Notes: a model not told the origin generated them from the sequence alone. 63,979 bases of DNA, filler included, from Octopus bimaculoides (GCF_001194135.2; 5 parts of 5 records of this genome joined end to end with filler, not necessarily neighbours in it); one strand, 5' to 3'; shown: positions 39,500 through 51,984, numbered from the whole stretch's first letter. A program made the numbers and translations.

Positions 39500-40030
39500 C
39501 CTTGAAATCTGTTGTGCATGTGCACTAAGTTTTAATATTCTCGCTCACTTCTGCTGTTTACAGCAGTGCTTGGAAGGAAGGTGTGTAGCATGTGATTATC
39601 GCATTGACCATGACAAAGAAAGTTGTCATGGCAATGCCTACTCAGATGCCTATGCAAAGTTGCAGAAAGTGCATGGAGAAGAGTGTATGAGCCGCACACA
39701 AGTATATAACTGGTTCAGATGTTTCCAAGATGGCTGAAAAAATGTTGATATTGACAAACATTCTGGGAGACCCACAACCAGCAGAACTGAGAAAAACATC
39801 ACAGATGTGTGTGCATCTGTGAGAGGAAATCAACGAATCACCATCCGTGAGTTATCAGAGGATGTGCAGATTAGTTACAGTCCAGTTCAGTCCATTATCA
39901 CTGAAGGTTTGGGCATGAGACGCATGTCTGCCAAGTTTGTGCCAAAACTACTTTCAGCTGACCAGAAAAACACTTGGGTTTCAGTTGCACAAAATCTCCT
40001 TGATTGTGTCAAGAACGAAGAAAACTTAAC
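39500..40030 (+). mobile_element. Mariner transposase N-terminal fragment
   Basis: AYAKLQKVHGEECMSRTQVYNWFRCFQDG*...HSGRPTTS...ITIRELSEDVQIS...LGMRRMSAKFVPKLLSADQK; ends abruptly at the gypsy junction. Confidence 0.85.
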
Positions 40031-41480
40031 CTGGAATCCGGCAGCTGGAAGTGCCCCAAAGGAGCTTGCACATGTCTGTGTATTTTCGCATGCTGACAAT
40101 GTAGACAGGCGTGTGACCAAACAGTAATAGAATGTCGCATATTCAGCCAGAAAAATCGAGCCGAAATAAGCTTATCCATGGCCACAATGCCTGGGTGTGA
40201 TAGCGAGTGCAAGGTTTAAAAATAGGACGACGATAATGCTTGGGGCCCAGGGCCCAGGGTGACCCGGTGGAAACATCACAAAGAATGATGGAAGAGGTAG
40301 GTGCTTGAATTTGCAACAGGAAAACTGTGGTGAAGTCACGTCCAAAGAGTCCAAGGAAGGTTGATTTGCAGCCATAGTGATCAGATCAATTGAGGCAAGA
40401 GACGACAAAGAACAAACTGGGAGGTGAGACAGGGCATCTGCAAGAATGTTGTTTGTGCCCACAATGTGGTGAATGTCACAGGTGAACTGCGAGATATAAT
40501 TCAAGTGCCTGGTCTCTCTGGGTCAGTTTTGGTAAACTGCAAAACGTTAAGGGTTTATGTTTGGTGAAAACTGTGAACTCCCTACCCTCGAGAAGGTGAG
40601 CAAAGTTCTTCACTGCAAGATAAATAGCTAGAAGTTCTTTACTGAAAATGCTGTAATGCAATTCAGCAGGTTTCAACTGGCAAGAAAAGAAAGCCAGTGG
40701 TTGAGTTTGTCCATTTACAGTTTGCTGCAACACAGCACCCAAAGCTAAATCAGAAGCGTCAACTGCTAGAGACAGACTGGTGTCAAGAGCAGGATGAGCC
40801 AAAAAGGATGCATTGGCTAGCTTGGTCTTGGCCTTTTCGAAAGCTTGCAAAGCAGTAGGAGACAATGAAATATTAGCATTTTTAGTCGGCTGTCCTTTTA
40901 AAAGCTGGGTCAAAGGAGACAACTTTGCCACAGTTGTCTATAGAAATTTATTAGACCCAGAAATGTTTTTAACTGTTTTAAAGACACAGGAGGAGACAAA
41001 CGCTTCATGGTCTCAACTTTAGAACGAAGTGGGTGAATGCGAGCAGGATTAGTGAATGTATACTGTCGAGGCCAAATGCTAACACTGGCTCCTGTGTCTA
41101 CCATAAAAGACTTTGAAGATTTTGCGCCTCGGACGAAGAATGTACAGTGAGGATTTTCAATGGAGGAGATGACTGACGTGCACAGGGTCTCCCTGGCTAG
41201 TTTTCCGCCAGGGTGTAAGAGCAAGTATGTATACAATGATGAGCTTGATCCTTGAACTGTTTGTGGTACCAGCAAACTGGAGGGGCTGGCAGGGCAAGGT
41301 CACGTGAAGAACACTGTCTGGGTGGGTTTCTTGAACGAGACCATGAAGAAGTAAAAGAAGAGCGATCCCTAAAGAGGCATGAAACTTGCTCAGTGTTTCA
41401 AGAGTGTGAAGCAATTTTGTTAGCCATGTAGGCATTCCACTATCAAGACGTCAAAGACTAGAGCACTCTCTTGGTAACCA
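40031..41480 (-). mobile_element. Ty3/gypsy LTR retrotransposon gag-pol remnant
   Basis: Protease VDTGASVS; RT thumb LKTFLGLINFYR; RNase H AVDASDLALGAVLQQ...PLAFFS...ELLAIYLAVKNFAHLLEGREFTVFTKHKPL; NILADALSHL; integrase zinc finger HSLSHPG...W...CLHCQ. The RT core and integrase core are absent. Confidence 0.9.
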
Positions 41481-42499
41481 ACATTAGTTTTATATCTATT
41501 TATATTCAATAAGGAACTCAGCTGAAGATGTCATTATACAACTACATAACATTTAATACATATGGAAATCAATATTTCAGCACTGAATAGACAAAGATGT
41601 TATATAGATATTATTGCCATGGCAGCACCTGTATACATGTTTTACAAAGCAGTGACAAGAAGGAGCACGTGTGTATGTAAGTTACCAAGGAGAGAGATAG
41701 AAGAGTTTATCAACTACTGAGATTATGTGGGCTATTGCAAGGATGGATTTGGATTATTGGGTGTGCAAACAGTTTGAGGGTTTCAGGGTAAGCAGAATGT
41801 GAATTTACAAAAATTAAATGTATTCAAGATTCTAAAGGGTTTTAATCGGACTGTTGAGTAGATGATAAAAAAAGCAGCTCATTCCCACATGATTTGATGC
41901 TTGCTCTAAATAGTTAACTGAACCGAAACAATATAAAATTAAATGTGTTGCTCTAATACACAACCCCCATACAATAACCATCTCTTAGGCCTCATTAATC
42001 ACTTCAGTTCTCTGGAATTCCATCCAGTACATTTTTCCATGAACTGTTTAAGAGGAGAATTAATGTCAATTTCACCATTTTAAGAGTAGTTGTGAAGTAA
42101 TTTTTGAGGCCAATCCAATAAAAACAAAACATCCTAAACCTGCCATAAATTTAAACTCAGGCCCTATTAAATTAATAGACCAATACCTTATCCACCCAAC
42201 CACAAATGTAAGTTACCAGGACAGCAGGTATTTATGCATGCAGCATTACAGTTGAGAGATGGGCAGTTACTGCAACAACATACAAATGTTCCAGTTTATA
42301 ACATCCATCTTCCTGTACTACCTGACATAAAACATTGTGTAGTCTTAGTTGTCTATAAGATACTTTATAGCAGGCATGGCAACTTTTTTTCTTACAATAG
42401 CCCTTATGTGATACTGCTCAACATTATTTGGGCCAACAATATTTTAACAAACACTATGTACTATTTTACACAAAACAAATCAACAAGTGTTTTAAAACC

Positions 42500-42960
42500 A
42501 TTTTCCAAGCAAACTTAGTGGTTATCCTGGCATGCCCCATGATATTCTTCTCAATTTTGCCCTATTCTTTACATCCACACTCACAATCCTTCTTGCCATC
42601 ATTTCCCCTTCCATTATCTTCAGCCATGTCTTCCTAGGTTTTACCTTCCCTCTAATTCTTTCTATGTTCTTTTCTATCACTACTCTCACCCAGTCACCTT
42701 TACCCTTCCTCACTACATGACCCAGCCATCTCTCATTTCTTTTCACAGCATTCATTTCTGGTTCTATTCTTTTTTGCAATTCCCTGTTTGTCTTCCTTTC
42801 ACTCACAACAATATTCCACTTATTCACTAAAACCATTCTCATTTCTGTTCTTTTCAGCTGTCTCTGGTGCTCTATGTTTCCTACCTGTGTCTCACTCACA
42901 CACATGCACCAAGCAGCTTTCCATTCAGCAACACTCACTTCCTCATTAGCAAATCACTTG
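42500..42960 (-). mobile_element. RTE-clade LINE C-terminal fragment
   Basis: RQLKRTEMRMV...RWLGHVVRKGKGDWVR...RGKVKPRKTWLKIM matches the post-RT region of RTE elements. Confidence 0.8.
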
Positions 42961-43519
42961 CTTCTCAGAACTACTTCCATGAACAATATCATACTCTTGC
43001 ACTGTTGCTAAGTTCCCTTTTCCCATACAACATGTGTCCAAGATAACAAAATCTTTCCACACCTTTTATCTTCACACCATTTTCAAAATCTGGTTCAAAA
43101 TTTCCCTGATCTACAACTCCCTCCACATACAAACGTTATACTTAAGTGTAGCTGCCATATTAGTTACTAAACATCTCATAGTATTACTTTTTGATGAACA
43201 CACCCATCACATATTGTACCTTCAATATAATCTACTCCATTTTTCCCCTGTGAATTGTACCTGGTGACTTCTCTGCTCTTTGTACCTCACTACAAATTTT
43301 ACCATTTGCTATTACCATCATACATTCCTTCCATTTATTCATCCATAATCTACTCTTTACACCAGATCATCTGCATACAGCAATTCCCATAGTAAACTCC
43401 TTTATACTTCAAGCCAGCACTTCCATCATAATTGTAAATAATAGTGATGCACTTCATCCCTGATGCACTTCATCCTTCAAATCAAGAATGTAGAACAACA
43501 ATAATAATAATAATAATAA

Positions 43520-44456
43520 ATGTGAGGAGCAGTGGAGCCAGAGGCCTCTGCATGGACAGTATATACTTCAAAGTCAAAATGCTGATGTAGACCAAGCAAC
43601 AACCCATCAGTGGCTGAGAAGTCCAGACTGAAAACAGAAACTGAAGGTTTCATATTGGCGGCACAAGATCAAAGCTTGCTTACCAAAAACTACCAGGCTA
43701 ACATTCTTCAAAATGGTTCTGACCCTATATGCAGATTCTGCAACACATCTGACGAAACAAAAGACCATCTTGTCTCAAGATGTCTTGTGCTGACACCAAA
43801 CGAATACAAAAATCATCACAATAGAATAGGACAGTATTTACATTGGAAAATATGCTAACACTACAAAATCAGTACTCCTGCTTACTGGTATGAACATCAT
43901 CCTGAGACAGTCATTGAAGGTAAAAATGTTACTATTCTCTGAGATTTTCCAGTCAATACCGACAGAACGATCCAGGCTAATCAACCAGACGTAAATATTA
44001 AGGACTGGGAAGAAAATACTTATAGGCTAATAGATGTCAGTGTTCCCACTGATAAAAATATATCAGTAAAGGAATTTGACAAATTAAGTTAATATAAGGA
44101 CCTGGAAATTGAAATACAAAAGATGTGGCATCTTAAAGCGAGATTTGTTCCTGTTATTGTAGGTGCTCTAGGTATGATAAAAAAGGGATGTGAGAAACAT
44201 CTAGATATCATTCAAGGAGAACTATGTCTCAGAGAAATCCAAAAGATTGTGCTGACAAGTACTGCCCACATCCTTAGAAAAACTCTATCAATTTAAACGT
44301 CTGTGTTGTATTACATAAAGATATTTCGTTACTGCCCCTGCCACTTCCCCTCCCTAAGATTTCAGTCATACTGTAACATCTATTATCCTTCACTCACCCT
44401 AGGGCGCTGGGTGTGTCTCAGCAAATGATTGTAATAAATATGCAAATTGAAAGTAA
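43520..44456 (+). mobile_element. R4/Dong-clade non-LTR retrotransposon 3' end (CCHC finger, restriction-like endonuclease, 3' UTR)
   Basis: ETEGFILAAQDQ; CRFCNTSDETKDHLVSRC; TDRTIQANQPDVNIKD...LIDVSVP...KDLEIEIQKMW...VPVIVGALG...IQKIVLTSTAHILRKTLSI*. (TAA)n on both flanks. Confidence 0.85.
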
Positions 44457-44477
44457 ATAATAATAATAAATACTCTG

Positions 44478-45024
44478 CTGCAGTACCAGGCAGTGGCTCT
44501 CACGGCTTCTGATCTTAACTGATTGGAAGTGTTACTATATACATTGTTTCGTTTTGGTATAAAAGATGGGCTACAGCAGATATTCTGCTCAATACCATAG
44601 ATTTGCTTGTCAGTTGCTTGACATTAACCACTTGAGCATGTCCCTTGGTTGACGATATGTGCATCTCTGATCACGAGCAGAAGTAGTGGGGTAGCATCGT
44701 AGCCATGTGTTGAGAGGAATTCTTTGGGGTTTGAATAATTCACCTTTGGAGACATGAGTGTTTTGTTTATCATCCTCAAACAACCCTTATTTAGGGACCT
44801 TTTGAGTGGGATGAGCTACTCGACCTGACAAAAATTCTAACTGAGCCTCACCTGCAAGGTCATGTGCTGTTTATCTTGATATGAGATCACCAGGTTGCAC
44901 ACATATGTTTGTGATGCATGTGCCTGGTGTACCCTTATCAGACGGGTAGTCATGATGGGTACACTGGGCTTCGTATATTTGACCCCAGTGTCACTTTGAT
45001 GCACTGTTCTCTCACTCAATAATA
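44478..45024. repeat. Unclassified ~550 bp interspersed-repeat-like segment ending in (TAA)n
   Basis: Less AT-rich than its flanks, no long ORF, bounded by TAA runs, ends ...ctctcactcaataataatag. Single copy in this window, so repetitiveness is inferred. Confidence 0.45.
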
Positions 45025-45029
45025 ATAGA

Positions 45030-45206
45030 AATTTGGGGGGAGGGGACTAATCGATTACATTGACCCCAGTGTTTCACTGGTACTTAATTTATTGACCCTG
45101 AAAGGATGAAAGTTGACCGTGGCAGAATTTTAACTCAAAACGTAAGGATGTATGCAAAACGTAAGCATTTTGCCTGGTGTGCTAACAATTCTGCCAGCTT
45201 TTCATC

Positions 45207-45208
<2 letters not shown>
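45030..45208 (-). mobile_element. SINE family C monomer
   Basis: ggggactaatcgattacattgaccccagtg...tgctaacaattctgccagc. Confidence 0.75.

Positions 45209-45256
<48 letters not shown>
45209..45256. repeat. (TAA)n microsatellite
   Basis: Seen directly. Confidence 0.95.
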
Positions 45257-45950
45257 TCTTTTGGAATTACATGGCCAATTTATGCAACAAACTGAGAAGG
45301 TTGGAAGTAAAGGACACTGGCTTTAGCTGATAGATGGAAGCATGAAATGAAAGACTGAAGCACTAAGTATAGCTGCTCAGAAATAAGCTATTAGACAAAG
45401 ATCAACAAAATTCAGAGAGACAACACATGTAGAATCTGCAGGAAAGGAGATGAAAGTATCAATAATCTCTAAAGAGAGTGTAGTAAGCGAGCACAAAAAT
45501 AGTATAAGAGCAGGGAAGATTGTGTAGGTAAAATAGTGCATTGGAATGTTAACCAGGGGTGGCTTTGAAATAACAGGAAAGTAGTATGAACATGGACCAG
45601 AGGCCATGACAGAGAATGAGAATTACAGGATTAAATGGGTCTTCCTCAGAAAGACTGATCACACTACTGAAGCAAGAAGACCAGATATGATTATAAAGAA
45701 CAAAATAAACAGTGTAAGATCATACACTTTGCAATTCCATATGGTAACAGAGACGATACCTAAGAAATTGAAAAAAAAACTGAGAAATATCCAGAGAGCT
45801 GAAGAGACTGTGGAAAACTAAGACAACAATTATTTCTGAGGTAATCAGTGCACTTGGCACAACACCCAAAATGCTACCTAAAAAACTGAAAGTTATTGGA
45901 ATTGAGGCTTGCACTGTCAACCTGTAAAATACCATCCAATATTTTAGTAG
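45257..45950 (+). mobile_element. Second, more decayed R4/Dong-clade fragment
   Basis: LHGQF...KTEALSIAAQ...CRICRKGDESINNL..ECSKRAQK...GKIVHW...YEHGPEAMTENENYRIKW...TDHTTEARRPDMII...ELKRLWK...SALGTTPK; starts directly after a (TAA)n tract. Confidence 0.8.
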
Positions 45951-45954
45951 TGAG

Positions 45955-46215
45955 ACATGGCTATGGTTACAGAAAGGAATGCTGAAAAGGGAGACAGAAA
46001 GTTAGTTAGTAGCTGCACAATATCAAGTATTAAGGACTAATTGGATAAAAGCCAAGGTAGACAAAAACCAAGTAGATTCCCAATGTAAGTTATGCAAATC
46101 AAAAGAGGAAAGCATTACTCATATAGTCAGTGAATGTAGCATGCTGGCACAGAAAGAATACAAGACATGACAACCTAGGGAGAGTAATCCACTGGGAGTT
46201 ATGTAGAAAGTTGAC
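45955..46215 (+). mobile_element. Third R4/Dong-clade fragment
   Basis: WLWLQKGMLKRETES*LVAAQYQVLRTNWIKAKVDKNQVDSQCKLCKSKEESITHIVSECSMLAQKEYK/RHDNLGRVIHWELCRKL. Confidence 0.8.
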
Positions 46216-46317
46216 CTTGGCTGAATTTAAACTTAGAATATAAAGACAGACAAAGTACATTTTGCCTAGTGTGCTAATGATTCTACCAGCTTACTGCCAT
46301 AACAACAATAATAATAA

Positions 46318-46915
46318 TTCTTTCTACTATAGGTACAAGGCCTGAAATTTTGAGGGNNNNNNNNNNNNNNNNNNNNNNNNNNNNNNNNNNNNNNNNNNNN
46401 NNNNNNNNNNNNNNNNNNNNNNNNNNNNNNNNNNNNNNNNNNNNNNNNNNNNNNNNNNNNNNNNNNNNNNNNNNNNNNNNNNNNNNNNNNNNNNNNNNNN
46501 NNNNNNNNNNNNNNNNNNNNNNNNNNNNNNNNNNNNNNNNNNNNNNNNNTTACATTAACCCCAGTGCTTGACTGATATTTGTTTTCTTGCCCCTGAAAAG
46601 ATGAAAGGCAAAGTCAACTGGTGGAAATTGAACTCAGAACATAAAGCTGGAAGAAATGCTGATAAGCATTTTGTCTGGCATGCTAAAGGTTCTGCTAGCT
46701 CACCGTTATTATTATGATGAACTGACAGAATCATTAACATGCTGTATAAAATGCTTTGTGGCATTTCTCCTAACTTTATGTTCTGAGTTCAAATTCTACT
46801 AACAGTCAAATTTACCTTTCATCCTTTCAGGGTTGATTAAATAAGTACCTGTTGAGTAATGGGGTTGATGTAACCAACTAGACCCTTTTCTCAAAAGTTC
46901 AGGCTTGTGCCTATG
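46318..46915. mobile_element. Two SINE family C copies head-to-head
   Basis: Minus copy ends at ~46705 (ctgctagctcaccg); plus copy starts at ~46716 (gatgaactgacagaatc). Confidence 0.8.
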
Positions 46916-48088
46916 GAGGAAAGGCCTAAAAGTGTTGTCAATGTCGTCGTCATCAACATCATAATTATTATTCAACATAATAGCAAGACTAGAAATTTGA
47001 GAATGAGAAAGAGTCAATAATAAAACTGCCCCCTGTACTCAATTGGTACTTTCTTTTATTAATTTTGGAAGGATGGAAAAAGCAAAATGGGACTCAGAAT
47101 GTTGAGAGCCAAACAAATAAGACAATACATTTTGTTCATTACTCTACATATATTGGTAATGAAGATTTCTAATATTGACCTAAAATAACAAATTGGCCTG
47201 ATTTCATGACGTTATCTTTCAGTTTTTCAGAATCAATGAAAATGACTTATCCCTACTTCTCAAAAATGAGAAAAAAGAAAATGCTGGCATTGTACCAAAA
47301 TTTGAAATAATTATTATAATTATGATCAGTTTCACATCAATGCAGATGAAGTTTTTGGATTCCTCAGAATAGCATATAGCAATTGTCACCAAAGAATAGT
47401 GTAAAAATGAGAGCTTATGTATGTGCTTTCCATTTTTTTTGCCAGAAAAGGGAAGATATTGTGAGCGAGTGGTAAGTGTTTTAACTCAATAGAATTTGTG
47501 AATACCAAACAGGAATACAACTGCAACATCAGAAAATAGATGCAAAGTGTGAAAGAGAATGTGTCAGTGTATGTGCATGTATATATANNNNNNNNNNATA
47601 TAATAATTGGTATAGCACAGCTACTGAAGTGGTAGTAGTAACAGGAGAAGTGTGCCATTTGGCAAGAGAATAAAAGTAAGAAAGAGAGTCAGTGTGTTGT
47701 CTCCATTGAGCAGCAATTACCATGCTGCCAAGAAGGAAGTGAATGAGTTAGGAGACATTCAAGTTATAACAGCAGACAGTTGTACATGTATTGTCAGAGA
47801 GACATGCACACATGATACAACACTGCAATACAGGCAAGCTCACTTGAAAATGTATCAGTACCAATATATCTATATAGCTTTCAAGGTGGTGCCCCAGCAT
47901 ACCCACAGTCTAATGACTGAAATGAGTAAAAGACAAAAGAAACATATATTCACATACATACAGACATGTTACACAAATATATGTATGTNNNNNNNNNNNN
48001 NNNNNNNNNNNNNNNNNNNNNNNNNNNNNNNNNNNNNNNNNNNNNNNNNNNNNNNNNNNNNNNNNNNNNNNNNNNNNNNNNNNNNNNN

Positions 48089-48130
<42 letters not shown>

Positions 48131-48199
48131 GTATAAATGTAAGTATGTACATATACATATGTATATATGCATATATATATATCTTTTATATTATTATAT

Positions 48200-49150
48200 G
48201 ACTGAATGCCATGCATCCTCTTCCAAGTAAGTTTTATCTTAATGCGCACTCTATACGATCTTATTACTCTTTCTTTTTTCTCTCTCTTGTTCTTTTACCT
48301 CCTCTTCTCTCACTATTGGAACCTATTACTCAGTCACTCTCTCTCCCTCACTCCTCCTCCTTTTCTCACGTGGCCTCCACATTACCATCGGCCATCTTTC
48401 TTTCTCTCCGTTGTAGCTGGAATAAGTAAGACTTGTTCTTGTTTGTCTCCTGTCCTAGCTTGATTCACGCATTCGCCATCACAACCTTAGTAGCCCTTCT
48501 TGTTTTTGTTTTCACTGTCCTGTTTGTGCTACCTATTTTGACCCTCTGTAAAATCCAAAATTTTATTTAATTTGCTTTGCAGGAGCAACTGTTTTATCAA
48601 AAGCGTTTATTGTTGTTAAATGCTCAAACTATGAGAATAGAAAAACAGCCAACAACTGATGGAGGGTCGTTCATTATGTTGTCTGTTTTGTTTTGTTTGT
48701 GTGTGTGCATGTATGTGGGTATGTATATTTTTTTGGCAAATGTGTAGGTGAGCATGTGTGTGTTTCAAGTGAGGGTGGATAAATATATACATACAGGCGC
48801 ATGTACGTGGGTGTGCAGGCGCGCATGCGTAGATATGGATTTGTGCGCTTATGCGAATACTATGGACATTTTTACTCCCTTACCTTTATTCCCTCCCCTT
48901 ACTTAGTGGTCATTCTAATAGCTCTTTTGTCTTAATAACGGTCAATCACACAGTAACTTTCCTTTGTTTAATGGTAATTTTCATAACATTTTTTTCAATG
49001 GCCCAATAACTAAAGAGATGCTGGCGTGGGTTTCCGCCCCCAACATCCAAAACTCGGAGTTTTATCATAGCTACCGTATAATTGTCACATATATTTACAG
49101 ATAAATTCCTCTATTTACATAATATCGAGGTCTCTTTCATTCTTTTGTTG
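48200..49150 (-). promoter_or_regulatory. CpG-retaining island, candidate upstream promoter or first exon of CIC
   Basis: CG dinucleotides reappear within an otherwise CG-poor block; GC-box-like ccgcccc (~49034), ccaat (~49004), minus-strand donor aag|gtaagg at 48884/48883. Confidence 0.3.
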
Positions 49151-49195
49151 TCTTGCCATTTCTATCAATATATATATATATAAAAACATATACAC

Positions 49196-49230
<35 letters not shown>

Positions 49231-49231
<1 letters not shown>

Positions 49232-49407
49232 TCTCTTTACTCTTTTACTTGTTCCAGTCATTTGACTGTGGCCATGATGGAGCAATGCCTTTAGTAGAGC
49301 ACTTATTCTATCAGTTTCTTTTGCCGAACCGCTAAGTTACGGGGACGTAAACACACCACCATAGGTTGTCAAGCGATGTTGGGGGGGACAAACACAGACA
49401 CACAAAC

Positions 49408-49438
<31 letters not shown>

Positions 49439-49598
49439 CATATATATATGACGGGCTTCTTTCAGTTTCCATCTACCAAATCCACTCACAAGGCTTTGGT
49501 CAGCCCGAGGCTATAGTAGAAGACACTTGCCCAAAGTGCTACGCAGTGGGAATGAACCCGGAACCATGTGGTTGGTAAGCAAGCTACTTACCACACAG
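49231..49598 (-). mobile_element. SINE family B, near full length
   Basis: Body, internal microsatellite and head present; CpGs largely retained. Confidence 0.85.
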
Positions 49599-50477
49599 TA
49601 AATAACTATACATTTGATTCATTCTCAGTGGAAAGACACCTGCTGTTATATTCTTGTTGTTTATTTTTGTAATTGTGTACTATGTTCTCCGGTTTTTTTT
49701 TTGTCTTTGTTACCATACACATTCACTAACTTTTTTGCAAAAAAGTCTAATGCTCTTAGCTTAGACTTTTTGGGGGGCAACCAGATCGAACTGTCTCAAG
49801 TGTAACTGCCCGAAACAGTAAGGACTTCTGCTATACTCGACTGAGGAAAGAAGGCTATGAATGACCCATCTTTTTTTTGCCTGTCCTTCTAATTGTTGTT
49901 TCTCCTGTCTGCTTTTGTATCGTCTATCTGTCCGAATGTTTTATTGTCCTCTATTGCGCTTTTGTTCCATANNNNNNNNNNNNNNNNNNNNNGCTACGCA
50001 AAGTAAAGGAAATTACCACATGCTCTTCTAGAAAAAAGGAAAGTAAACTATGAATGTTAATCCTAATTTTAATTTTAATTCAATTTTATTAATAGCTCTT
50101 TTCTCTTTACATATTTCATTTTAGTACATATTTTTGATAAGGTTTTTCAAAAACCGAAACATGTAAAATAAAACGAAAACATCCCTCTTTTAATGTATTT
50201 ATATAATGGAAAATTAAAATGTACCCAATTTTAAGAAAGTAGCATTTTCGTTCTTCTTTTTCATAAATATCTACTTACTCATGTGTTACCTCTACACATT
50301 TTTTAAAATATATATATATAGATATATATACTAGCAATGCAACCTGGCGTTGCCAGGGTGTTATGACCTACAGCTACACTGTATTATGTTTCTTTCTTAT
50401 GGGCACAATCAGCACATAACAAGTATGAAGCAAACAACTCTTCTTTGTAAACCTGTTTTTCTATCATTTTCTGATGA

Positions 50478-50630
50478 ACAACACTGCAGTTTCTGTCTAC
50501 CAAATTCTGTCACAAGTCTGTTGTTGGCCTAGGGCTAAAGTGGAAAACACTTGTCCAAGGTACTACGCAGAGGGATTGAATGCAGAACCATGTGGTTGAG
50601 AAGCAAACACCTCAACCACACAGTCATTCT
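50478..50630 (-). mobile_element. SINE family B 5' half
   Basis: cagtttctgtctaccaaattc...acacttgtccaaggtactacgcag...accatgtggttgagaagc. Confidence 0.75.
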
Positions 50631-50815
50631 TCCAACTAATATATGTGTGTTTACACTTTAGCACTATTTTTTAACTCACGATGCTTTCTTTCTTCTAATG
50701 AAAGCTTCTTCTCCTAAACATTGGGACATTTCTCTTTACTTTTAATGAATTAAGCTAATATGTTATTACTCAAACTTGTTTCTGTGCGTTCTCATTTCTA
50801 ATGTTCCCTGTATTT

Positions 50816-50880
<65 letters not shown>

Positions 50881-51010
50881 ATCATCATCCCCCTCATCAT
50901 CATTTAATGTCTATTTTCCATGCTGTCATGAGTTAGACGATTTGACCAGAGCTGGTAATCCAGAGAGCTGCATCAGACTCCAGTCATCTATTTTGGCTTG
51001 GTTTCTATGG
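50881..51010 (-). mobile_element. RTE LINE or RTE-dependent SINE 3' tail
   Basis: (GAT)n-type tail (catcatc on +) followed by tttaatgtctattttccatgctg...tttctatggctggatg; similar copy at 51197. Confidence 0.6.
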
Positions 51011-51014
51011 CTGG

Positions 51015-51158
51015 ATGATTTGTAAGTCTACCAGATAGATGGAAGAGCATTGTAGAAAATGGAGAGTATATTTTAGATTAAAAAAGAACTTTGTTTGTCT
51101 TAATTTTGAAAAATAAAAGAAGTATAAAAGAACTGCATTACTTATGGGATGATCCAAT
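51015..51158 (+). mobile_element. Solo mariner 3' end
   Basis: LPDRWKSIVENGEYILD* followed by right TIR ...ttacttatgggatgatccaaTA, similar to the TIR of the 13452 element. Confidence 0.75.
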
Positions 51159-51196
51159 ACATACATACACACACGCACATATATATATGTATGTAT

Positions 51197-51340
51197 ACTA
51201 TCATCATTTTTTAATGTCCATTTTCTATGCTGGTATGGATTAGCTGGTTTGAGAGAATATGCCACACTCCTATGTCAGCTTTGTTTTCTATGGCTGGATG
51301 CCCTTCCTAATGCCAAACCACCTTACAGCATTTGTCATCT
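51197..51340 (-). mobile_element. RTE LINE or RTE-dependent SINE 3' tail, second copy
   Basis: tatcatcatttttaatgtccattttctatgctgg...ctatggctggatgcccttcctaatgccaaacc, a motif typical of RTE 3' ends. Confidence 0.6.
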
Positions 51341-51984
51341 CACTGGCACTAGTGAGGTTGCTGAGTAATTTGCAAGACAGAAAAAGAACAGAAAAATAAA
51401 AAAAAGTCTCCATGACTTAGTGAGTGGCAAGGAATTATGGAGCGGGGGAGTAGTTTTATGTCAGTGCTGAGAGGCTAAAGTATGATAGATGGACAAGCAC
51501 AGGTGTCTTACTGTAGAGGAGATACATTGGTCCTCAATATTATATAAGAGTGAGTCATAGTAACTGTGAAGACTTTGAAGATTGTGGTGATGGAATGCCA
51601 GAGCAAATGCTCAAAGTACAAGAAGGTGAGCATCTTACGAGATTATGATCAGTGGACTGGGAGTGGGAGAAGTAGGGGGGTAGTTTCATAAGAATGTGAG
51701 GGAAGAGTTACAGATGGTTAGAGATGTGGGTAGCATTGAATGTATTAAACGAACAAGGTTGGTTGTGCATTTGGTAGGAAATATCAGCATGGAGAGGGAG
51801 AAAGGTAAGAGGTAACAGAAGATCAGGATGGAGGATAGATTATAAGGTTGTGGGATGATGCGCAAAGTGAGGGAGTGATGGAAAGGCAGATGTTGGGATA
51901 TACACGGGTGCGTACAGTGAGTAGGGAATGATGGCAAATACAAGGTATTGAAAATGATAGGAGGTGATAAGGAGTTTGATAGGT

